Part shown: positions 1 through 13,026 of the stretch, one piece after another | How the letters are laid out: each line of letters begins with the position of its first letter | How positions within the stretch are numbered: position 1 is the first letter of the stretch | NCBI GenBank assembly: GCA_009103225.1 | Contig: RHPI01000026.1 | Coordinates: 877,103-941,102 of the forward strand | Source of the DNA: Chlorokybus atmophyticus | Taxonomy: Eukaryota; Plantae; Mesostigma and Chlorokybus algae | Reading direction: 5' to 3' | DNA length: 64,000 bases | Made by a program: the position numbers and the translations under genes | The notes under the pieces: model-generated | The model's input: the letters and a program-made list of their open reading frames with translations, nothing else | Database searches by the model: none | Told to the model about the DNA's origin: nothing

Positions 1-330
1 GCCGCCGCCTTGTCGCCGCTCCAGCACCTCCGCCTGCTAAGCAAGCAGAGCGGTTAGGCTGTTACGCAACACAACGGCATTATACATACACAAACAAACT
101 CACCTACTATGCCATTGCCGCCGCCGCCGCCGCCGCCTGGCCTGCGCTGGTCGGCCTGGTCTGCTCGGCAAGCAGGGCGATGAGGCTGCGCCATTGCGCT
201 CAACACAAAGGCATCTACACGTATATACATATGCAAACAGTCTCACCTACTTTGCCATGGTCGCCGCCGCCGCCGCCGTCGCCGCCACCGCCACCGCCAT
301 TGCCACCGCCGCCGCCGCCCACCTACCCAG
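1..330. repeat. Degenerate tandem repeat (~135-140 bp unit) ending in (GCC)n runs
   Basis: CAACACAA(C/A)GGCAT...CTCACCTACT(A/T)TGCCAT followed by (GCC)n occurs at ~68-137 and ~201-280; the window also begins inside a GCC run. Confidence 0.6.
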
Positions 331-436
331 CGTGCTTGAAGCCGTTGTGCGTTAAAAGCGTTGCTACTTGGGCAGCAGCAGCGTTTCAATCGCTCAACGG
401 CTTCAATGGCTATCGTACTATCAACTGGTACGATTG

Positions 437-711
437 TGCGATGGTACAATAGTACCATCGCAATGGTATCATAAGTCCATTAAGTGTTTCAACTGATCAG
501 ACTTTTATGACACTGTCCCAACTCGCCGCCATCGCTTGTCCCTAAGTTGGGATTAAGCGGAGACTTGCTTACCAATTTAGACATGTCACCGCGGGCTTTG
601 TACGGTCGGTGGCCACCGGTAAAAGGAAACTGATGGGTATCATTCGTCGCCATTAGGGGCCAATGACTCATTGGCCCCTAATGGATTAGGTGACCTCGGA
701 GGTCACCTAAT
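437..711. repeat. Cluster of perfect palindromes/hairpins
   Basis: 437-462: 11-bp stem TGCGATGGTAC/GTACCATCGCA. 650-684: 17-bp stem with 1-nt loop. 685-711: abutting 13-bp stem with 1-nt loop. Confidence 0.9.
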
Positions 712-2411
712 CGCTATTATAAGTAAGTAGCCGCCGCGTATCCTGAACGATCGACGGTCGGCCGTCATCTCAAGTTGCTTGAAGGTTATGACCGGCAACA
801 AAGAGTCCAGTATCGCGTACGACAAGCGGCCGGCCATTACTAATTGTCCTTGATATGCATCGGCAATGCACTCAATCCTTTAATGGCCCAAGTTGTTTGG
901 GTCCGTTAGAGTCAGGCGGGGTCAGTCCCTCAGTCTCTGGTCAGTCATGCCGAAAGATTTGCGACGAAGGTGGCAAGCGCATACACTTCGGAGATCCATA
1001 GGTCGATCACACGGAGTCCTTGTTGCTACACTGCACTGCACGCACATAAAGCAGTAGTGTAGCAGCAGCATAAGGCCCTGAGGGTTGTAACTTGTGCTGA
1101 ACTCCTCATTGCCTACTTGCTGCTGGCACATTATATGTAAGGGCATGTGATTTGCGAATTAACTTTTACCCTGAGAAAGTAAAAGTTAATGTTGTGTTTG
1201 TGTATAGGCTATACACAGACACAAGCACATGTTATCCCCTTCACCCTTGGCCTCTTCCACGCATACATGCAATCAATTACTCCGTATACACATCTGCAGC
1301 ATACTATCTTTGTACACACGCTTCTCCTTGTCCGCTAGACCCCTCCTCAGGTTCCCACCAGAGCAAACTTTTTGCACTATCTCTCTGAACTTATGACCCT
1401 GCTCAATCCTCATCACCTTCTTCCCTTAACTTGTGTAGCAGTATGTGTGCAGCATTCGTTAGACGATCAGCACGACAACGGGGGAGTTGTGGCCAGCAAG
1501 GGTGGCGTGATGAATTGAAATGAATGTGATGGTCAGAGAGATTGATGTTATCATACTCGTATGGTTGATGCTTGTGTCACGTCTAGGGTGCCGGCAGTAG
1601 AAGGGAGCAGCAGCAGCAGTAGCAAAATAATTAGCTGTTGCGGTGATGGTGGAAGTATTTGCAGCAACTGGTAGCGGTTTTTACCAATACCAACAGCGTT
1701 GATAGTAGGGTAAAGTGCCATAACTTCGTGGGTAGTTGGGTTTTTAGGTTGTGGCGGGAGCTGTGATGACTTTCCGGCGGTAGTGTACATATGTTTCTTG
1801 TAGCTAAAAATATCATCTATACAATGGTAATTTTTTCGCTAATGTTGGATTAATGACGCGTTGTTGAGAGCGCGTCAAAGGTGGGTGTTTTCGGCCAAAC
1901 CCTAAAACGCAATTCGCCCTAACTTTGTGAATAGGCAGATTTAAAGCTATTTGCCGGCTATTGTAGGGTTGGAAATTGTGTGTTCTTTGGCAATTGGGCC
2001 GGCAATGGTCTCCCCCATCAACAATAAGGCCGTCACCAACTCTTTTGGCCCTTGGCATAGCGATGATGCTAGCATGGTGCCCATGGCTCTAGGTGTGGGC
2101 CCAAAGGGGAGAATCGCTATAACATGAATAACTTGTGGCTTGCCACGTTCAATGGCATGAAACTTTGGAACTTAGTTGTACATAATATCAACTTCTGGTC
2201 ATGCTTTACCTCACTCGCTTTTTTCAAGATTTGCAAAAGTTATAACGAAATCAAGCGTTTTTAATATTAGGGTTGTAAAGAATTATAATTACGCATTTTC
2301 AATGGTTTATTACTAGCGCAATACATAGTCGATTACGGCGTGTTTAGTTTGCTAGGTAGCTGTTGATGAGCTCAAAAGAAGTGACACGAATTAGACAACC
2401 TGCGCCTTATT

Positions 2412-2463
2412 AGCAACACGTGTAAAATGCGCCGTTTACACGTGTTGCTGGCGCCTTGGCTAG
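2412..2463 (+). mobile_element. Probable Helitron 3' terminus (hairpin + CTAG)
   Basis: 15-bp perfect stem AGCAACACGTGTAAA/TTTACACGTGTTGCT (2412-2449), 10 nt spacer, CTAG (2460-2463), then T; no Rep/helicase ORF seen. Confidence 0.45.
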
Positions 2464-3016
2464 TGAGTCGTGTTACAATTGAATTTCAAACGCGTTATGC
2501 ACAAGTCTCCGTCGATTTGGTGGAGTAAACGATAACTTATTGAAGTTCTTATATTTTTACTCAAGAAATTGTTGGGATGGTAAGGTTCATGCATAATAAG
2601 CATAGAGCTACCGATGTACCGGGCGCCGCCCCATCCAATGATAGCCAATAAATTATATATTAATCTTAATCTTTAGCTTATTTGCAATGCCCATTAACGG
2701 CCAAACAAGTTATATACAAGCCTGAAATAGTGATTGTCTCTAAACACGCACAGTTTTAAACAATGACGACTTGTACACATGGTATTTGCGCGGCCTGCTG
2801 CACTGAACTTGGTTAGCTTTTAACCGAGTAACATACATTCCAGTATAGTAGACTTCACAAGGAAGGATGTGGCCTTGTCCTGTCAGAAACAAGTAACCAT
2901 AGGTAAGGTTATGGTTTGTCAAGAATAAGTGTCTCTCAACCGGGACATTTCCCTTACCTGCTTCAAAAGCTTCAAGCAAATCAAGCTTGACATATGCCTT
3001 ACAATGGACTTCACAT

Positions 3017-3095
3017 TGGAAATGGCGGAATGGAATGGAAACTGGAATGGAATGGAACTGGAATGGAATGGAATGGAATGGATGAAATTGGAATG
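3017..3095 (+). repeat. (GGAAT)n pentanucleotide repeat
   Basis: Run of TGGAA/GGAAT units with a few variants. Confidence 0.9.
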
Positions 3096-4282
3096 ACGAA
3101 TACGAAATCAGGGTCGTTTAGAAGGTTAAAGCACTTTTTATCATAGTAGCACGATACGGCATTAGCGTATTTTTGATACCGTATTATATGCGTACCGTCT
3201 ACCGATAGCATCTGGTACGCGTATCTGCCGTATTCGTTAGGGTTTACACACTCAAACCTTTTCCCACGTGAAAACTCCTTAAGGCATCATGCTGCCGCGG
3301 TTCGGCGCCTGATCGCGATTGCGGTAGCTTGGGTGGTAGCCGCAAAAAGTCTTCTTATATTACTCACTTATAGCCGTGCCTGCTGCAAAAAACCACACAT
3401 ATCTGTCATAAATGTCATGTTTGAATCTATTGACGACCGTATTGGCTAATAATGATGCCGTATTTAACACTCGTACCAAAAACCAAACGTGTCTGATACC
3501 GTACCGATATGGTGCTATTATGCTTTGAATACCCTAGGCCTAGCAATGACAAAAGCAATAAAAGCAATAGCAATGCAGTGACAGGAAATAAGAAAATCAA
3601 CTGTGTCATCGGTCATAGCATCATCAGCGGTTAGCAATCACCAACACCGCCAATGGCGGAGCAGGCATGACAAGCAGCATCAATAGGATGAGCTTTGGTG
3701 TGATTGCTATGTCACTACTAGTTGCAGCAATGCTTGGTGGCAAACGGTGTTGCTGTCCTGGTGGTGTTTGAGTGATTGCTTACGTGCTGATGTTGCTGCT
3801 GCTAAGCAACGGTGGCAGGACAAGCATGGCAAGCACTGGCGTTAGCAGCAGCAACATCAGTTGTAGGTAAGCCATAACTCCAGCACCACCAAGGGTAAGC
3901 AACACTAGGATTAGTAACATTGATGTGGATTACGCTTGATACAGTAGTTGCGGCAGTGGTTGACTGCTGGATGTCAGTGGGCAGAATTGTGCTTGCTTGC
4001 CAAACACCTTGCATGAGCACTACTTGCTATTGCGCCTCATCAAGCACAAGGGTAATGCAGACTCACATGTGGTCACAAGTAGACAAACACACCAAGCTCG
4101 CACAATAACGCAAGCTGCTGCTGCTGCTAGCTGGTTGCCAATGGCGCCCGTTTCTTGCTTCGTACTGTAAGTCTGGATCTACCTACCTTGGGATAGGAAA
4201 GCCGCAAATGCACAACGCAAGTATCACACCAAAAGATAGAAGTAACAGCGTTTCCACAAATCCATTTCAGAGACACAGCAGC

Positions 4283-5991
4283 ATGGCGGAGGCGGCGGCG
4301 GAGGCGGCGGAGGCCGTGCAGCTGCGGGACGGGATGGCTGGCGACACGGACGGAGACAGCGAGGAGGAGGACACCAGCGTCGCACCGCGAAGATCACGCA
4401 GGCAGAGCGCCGAGGCTGTCAGGTTTCATAGTCTGTCGGACGAGACGAAGCAGGTGCTGAGGGAGTACTACGTCATCATCACGCACCGAGAATGGGAAGG
4501 GGCGTGGCGCTATCGCTGCAGGCCGGAGCTCCTGCAGCTGGTGAAGGAGCACCGCACCATCACCAACTCCGAGCTGCGCGCAGACATGGAGCTCGGGTTC
4601 GGCACATGCACTCAGGCAATCAAGTGCCTGAGAAAGGTCCTCGAGCACAAGGCGGACCGCGACAGATTGATTTCTAGACGAGGGAACACAGCGGTGAGTG
4701 CTTGCTGCTTGCTGGTGGTTGCTGCTGCGCAAAGCAGGTAGAAGCTTTTCAAGCACTCAGTGCATTTTGTAAGCTGCTCCTTGCCTGTATGTGGTTGTGG
4801 CCGCATGTGTACAGCCCCTTGCATGTTGCAAACGGAGGCATGTATTTGGGCACACCTCACTTGGCGACACTTTGCACTTTCTAGCACTGCTTGGCAACCT
4901 AGCATAGTTGTTGCTGACTTGCGTTCACAGGTGGTGTGCTCTGCATGCAGTCTCTCCTATGTGCATGCGCCTCTGTGCTCATGACAGCCCATGCATGCCC
5001 ATTGATGGGCTCTCATGAGCTTGGGTTGCATGAGTGCACGCTTGTCACATCTGTGCTGCTGTTGCTAGACTGAATGCAAGCATGCAGGGGTATTTATGCA
5101 TGCGTGCATTGACTGCATGGCGTCTACTAGCTTGGCGGATAACCTTTACCTGATGCACAGTGCCTTGAGTTGTCATTCTATGGCAGTCTCACCCTGTCAG
5201 TGTGCATGCAGAAAGCGGCCAACATGCAGCTACACAACCACCAGGCTCCCTCACCTCAACAACAGGAGCACCCCACGGCGCAAACTGCTAACAACACTTT
5301 ACATCCACTTTTATCAAAGCAAACTGGCGGACGCAAGCGTGCACGCAACGCTGAGGTGCGCATGCTGAAAGTGCAGTTCTTCTCAGTCCACGCCTGGCTT
5401 GCCATCTCGGTTTTTCTATGCATGCATGTGCCCGTAGGTTGCGTCATCATTTGCATTGTACAGGGTCACGCCGCAGGTCGCCGGTCATCGCAGCAGATCA
5501 GTGCGAACTCTGCTGGTGTCGTGTACAATGATACTGGTGATGGTGACAACCATGACGACAATGCCGGCCTGAACAGATCTGTTGACGATTTTCTGCAGCA
5601 CACACATGCGTTTGTGGATGCATTGCGCAATGACTACAAGCAGCAGCTGCAATCGCAGACAAAGATGCGTGCAGACAAAGATGCAGAGTTACAACAGCTG
5701 CGCGCAAAGTATGATGAAGCTGTGTGCGAGCAGGAAGCTGCGCTGCAGGAGCTTGAGAGAGCCAAGGAACAGACAGAACTGAAGGAACAGGAGTTGAAGA
5801 AAAGGAAAGATCTCCATTGCCAGGATCAAGTAAAATTTACAGAAGAGCGAGTGACAATCAGCATGCTCAGTGACAAAAAGGATGAGGCATTGCAGGCAAC
5901 TTTTACGTTTCTACAAGATATCCAGCATCCAAGTCAATCTGCACTGCTTAAGCTAGTTACGGAAGCTCTCAGCACTGTGGACAAGGGCTAG
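4283..5991 (+). CDS. Orphan protein, 3 predicted exons: acidic N-terminus, possible wHTH, basic NLS-like motif, C-terminal coiled coil
   Basis: GC-rich coding-like exon MAEAAAEAAE...RGNTA ends at a GTGAGT donor. Exon KAANMQ...RKRARNAE ends at GT. Last exon GHAAG...STVDKG* follows a CAG acceptor and contains a heptad-like E/K/Q/L stretch. Confidence 0.65.
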
Positions 5992-7136
5992 GCCATCAGC
6001 GCTGAATGGGTAGCTGACAGTGATGAGGCTTATGGCACCACTGCGTGCATGCCCCGGCAATGCCCCGCAGGTTATAGACCAGTCAGTTCAGCAGAGGGCG
6101 ACACCTTGCGTGATGGGAGCCGGCGCACTGCCTGCCTTTGCGCATGCGCGCGGCGCCCACAGATCTGTGTGATGGGTGCTATGTGCACGGGACATCCTGC
6201 ATGCAGTGTGAGTAAAACGCCTATCCAACTTGTCACCTTCGTATCGGCATTCCATCTTTTGTACCCTATAGCAAGTACATTAGTTAGCTAAGCCAGTTGA
6301 TGTACATACAAGACTTGTAGCCATACTGATTGTAGATAGTCGAGGCGCAAAGTTACTCGTTGCTAGGCACACTTGGATATACAGCTGGTATATCAATACA
6401 AGTACCATGTACATGTGTACACAGTAGTGGTTCCCAGTATGAATTGATCGTGTCTCTCTCAACATTGTGCGGAATGTATCCTTACAGTCTCTTCGCAACA
6501 AAATGTGGTTGATATGGGGTTAGTAGTTGGTCTTCTTGAAACGAAGATTACATTACCAAACGAGTAGTTATGGCATCAATAAGTAAAACAACATGCGTGT
6601 ATACACAGGCCCGTGCACCGCTATACATGATGGGTTTTCAAAGTCATTCTGTAGTTACAAGGATGTGTATACAATACAAATCCTCCCCTTTCTGCTACGG
6701 ACTTACTTGATGACTATGTTTGCAAGTGGTGGTAACAACCATAGGTTACCACAGACATAACGGGCATTTTTGACGTTTCCTGACAACCTGCTAGGAATGC
6801 ACTTTGGCTGACACTGCTCAAATCAGGTTACAGGTGGTTCAAGCAATGTGTGAATCCATCACTGGCTACTTTCACATGCTGTCAACTAGAGTGATATAGC
6901 ATATCCCGCCAATTCATAGCACTCATGCCAAATGCATTATAATGTGGTGCACATTTCAGTCAATGACAGGGGTACAAGCAGTTGCGCACAAATGGAAGCA
7001 GGGAGTGATTGCAGTGCTTCCTCCCGGCAGCTGCGGCTGATGGACTGTTGTTGGTGGGCAATAGTACACCGTGACAATGCGTGAAGCAATGACACGGCCA
7101 TAACAGCAGCTACAATACAACAATTTTAGTTGCTTC

Positions 7137-9546
<2,410 letters not shown>

Positions 9547-10702
9547 GCTGCTCAACCACCTGAGAATGCAACCACACTGCTTGGGACTAATAGCAATTGT
9601 CAGCAGCAGCTTGCATGGTCTTCAAGCACAACGCTGGCAGCAAATAGTACGATTCCAAAAGTAAGTAGAATGCAGGTTGCCGTAATCAGAAGCCATTGCT
9701 GCTGCTGCGCGTGCCTTACAGCTACATGTGTAAGCAACGCAACTGCGGACAACTATGCTGCCAATGCAAGCAGGCTCGGCTTAGATGCAGCCGCATTAGC
9801 GTCTGCCATTCACATATAGTAACGAGCAATGCTTCAGCTTGCTACACATCAACAACAGCTGCATGCTCACCTCCTTGCCCACCGGCAGGCACCAGGCCGG
9901 CTGCTTTGGCTGTGACTCACCGCAGCAATGCCAGCGCTCCTCACCACCAACCCCGCAGCAGCAACAAGCCACTGCCGCCTCCCCAGCACAGCAGCACCTC
10001 GCATTCAACTCTCCCACCACAGCCCCCTTCTTCTCCTCCTCCTCCTCGTCCTCCTCCTACTCAACTTGAACAGGACTCCAGCATTGGCGCCAAACAAACC
10101 ATGCCGCAAAGCATGCTTATATGCTTGTTGGCTTACAACCCGGTTCGGCGAGTACGGGCCTGCAAACGTATCAATCGACCGCGATCAACTGGCGCACGCA
10201 AGCATGGCGGTTACGCCCACGTGGAGGAGGCGCATGAGGCAAAGGAGGAGCATGCTTGCTTGTGCTTCGTTGCTTGGGCGCCGGGCAGGTAGATAGGCCT
10301 TCAGCTGGCTGGCTGGGTTCGGCGGCGATGGTCTGCGTTGGTGCTGTGGGGCAGCGAGACGGGGCTGAGCAGGTGTTACGTACTGATATATAAACCCCTC
10401 TGCTTCAGCTGGCAACAAGCTGAACCTAAAGCTGAGGCTGAGGCTGAGGCTGAAGTCAATCCTGTAAGCTGAGGTACAGCTACAGTGAAGCTCAAATTGT
10501 GATTCGGATCCAAGCACGAAGTAACACTGAGAGCTGAAGCTGCGCACGGTGAAGGAGTGCCTTGTAGTATAGGTTGTAAGCTTCTAAGCTTTAAGCTTTA
10601 AGTGTGAAGCGCACAGCTCTAAGCTTAAGGCTTGAAGCTCAAAGCTAGCTGGCAGTGGCCAGGTGGTTCCTTGGGTATTAGTGTGCTGGTTGTCTGGTGT
10701 AC

Positions 10703-12347
10703 ATGGCAAAAGACGAGTACAGCGCTGGCGAAGTGGAGCTGACGCTGTTTCAGGCGAAGGAATGCTATGTCTACAAGGTGGGTCTGGCATTCACGAACTG
10801 CTTGACCAGCATTGCCGTTCTTTGCATGCAAGAGAGGATTCGTTGCATGAAGCCAGCTGTAAGCTCATACTCAACACTGTCCTGTCTCACCTGGCAGATC
10901 CCGCCTAGGATGAGCACACTCAGCTACAGGTGCGTTACTGCAGGTGGGATAGCATAGGCTATGAGCAGCTGTTATAACAAATTGGCTGACTGCATGCACT
11001 ACTCCATCATGCACGTGTAGAGCACTGATCACACACGTGTGCACAGAGCTGATGAATGGGACGTCAACAAGTGGGTTTGGGAGGGCGCATGCAGAGTTGT
11101 CGCAACAGGGTCTCAATGCGACGTGCGTCTAGAGGATGCAAAAACAGGTGATAGCTTAGCCAAACGCTCTGGGGTGCTACTCATCGTTGACCAAACACAG
11201 CACTCATGGCACGACGCGCAGGTGAGCTGTTTGCTCGAGCACCAGTGCGGGCTGATGGCCAGCCAGCGTTCGAGACTGTGATTGACAGCAGTCGGTAAGT
11301 GGCATAATCGGAGACCCACTTCACAAATGCACGCACGCGCGCACTTTTACACATGCACACTGACACACACACGTACGCGCACGCACGCGCACACAGCACT
11401 GGTATGGCTGTTTGACGGACATGGTAATGCCAACTGTTGGCGTGTATGCAGGTACTTTGTTCTTCGAGTTGAGGATGGTGAAGGTATGACACGCAAAGAT
11501 CAATGCAAACTCGCTCCTTCCTTGCTCGTGGTTGGCTTGCCACGAGCATGTAACAGCTCCTCACAGCTTTGTGCAATGTCTGTGTCAACCACAGGTCCGC
11601 ATGCAAAGCACGCCTTCATCGGTTTTGGTTTTCGAGAACGGACGGAAGCATATGACTTCCAAGCAGCGATACACGATCACTTACAGTATCCACATTCATT
11701 TTGTCCTAGTTCATGTTGTCATGTTGATTTGTTGCCTCGAGTGGTGTGCATCACTTCCTTGTTGCACTTGACATTCAGCAGATACTTGAGTCGGCAAAAA
11801 GAGGCTGAGGTGTTTGCCGAGAAGTTCGCTGATGCTTCGCGGCCTCCAATCGATCTCAGCATCAAAGAAGGGCAATCGATCCGGCTCAACATCCCACACG
11901 TACGCAGTGCTGTACACGCGTGCCCATGTGTGTGCACGGGCATGTGTGTGCGCGCGAGTGTGTATGCATGTGTGCTAGCGTGCACGCGCTGTGTGCGCGT
12001 CCTCAAACATTAGCACAACCCAACAATTGGCTATGTTTCAGGTCTCGATAGTGAGAAGGAGCAGTCTAAGTGTGATTGATCCCGAAGCAAGCGGCTTGTC
12101 AGTGAAGACTTCCCCAGTCAAGATGCCTATTATCGACCCAACAGGCGTGTTCATGCCTCCCCCGCCCCCAGCGGGCTCGCTTGTCAACAGCAAACAGTCT
12201 CCGCATATGATGAGGCAGCCGACAGGAGCCATCTCTAGCGAAGGAAAGCAGCAAGGACAGCAACAACAACAGCAGCAGCAGCAGCAGCAGCAACGCACTT
12301 CAGCAGATGAGGATGATGGGTTTGGAGACTTTCAGGATGCATTGTGA
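10703..12347 (+). CDS. NECAP: Adaptin ear-binding coat-associated protein (NECAP, PHear domain)
   Basis: LFQAKECYVYKIPPR..YRADEW, YFVLRVEDG, HAFIGFGFRERTEAYDFQAAIHDH, DLSIKEGQSIRLNI and C-terminal DDGFGDFQ; GT-AG junctions keep the frame. Confidence 0.93.
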
Positions 12348-13026
12348 CCCAACTGCCAGGCAGAACAACCCATACCTATAGCTATAGCTACACATCTAGG
12401 TGACTTTTGTATATACCTTTGTAGCACTTGTTGCAGGCTGCGTGCTATAGCTCTAGCAGTTGTCAGGTGTTGGCGTACATTGGACATCATTCAACTAGTC
12501 GTACACCAACCGTCCAGTCCATGCCACTACAGTAGTATGTGTGGCATGGTACAAGTGGAACCACGTTGTTTGCAACCATCGATCAAGGCAAGACAGTTGG
12601 TTGCATGAGAGACGACAACTGCCTGTCCACTGAGCAGTTGCTACCGACATCTGCCTCCTGTTCCCAATGCACAAAGCGATTGGCCCATTCCTCTTGGTGA
12701 CCATATAACATTTGGTGTCATACTAGCGCGTTTGGAGGAGCATTGCACTTGTGAACTGCAACCACACCACCCCTTATCCTAGGCTTGCATGTGCTCTGGG
12801 CACGTGGCCCGTACGCATGCCTGCATTGACATTGAAAACCAAACGGGGACTGATGAGGAGAGATATGCAGCCTACACGGCCAACCAGCTTATTGTTAAAT
12901 GTTTTGTATGTCACACTTTATCAAACAACTTCTACATCATCTCTGAGCAACCGACATAATTGTGTATGTCGTAAATATGCCATGATATATATCGGTCTAC
13001 ATTTGCTGTACAGTGGCCTAACCTAC

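Noticed and set aside
3238-3536. hAT-like MITE bounded by TAGGG/CCCTA
   Set aside because: Inverted match is only about 6 bp and no 8-bp TSD was found
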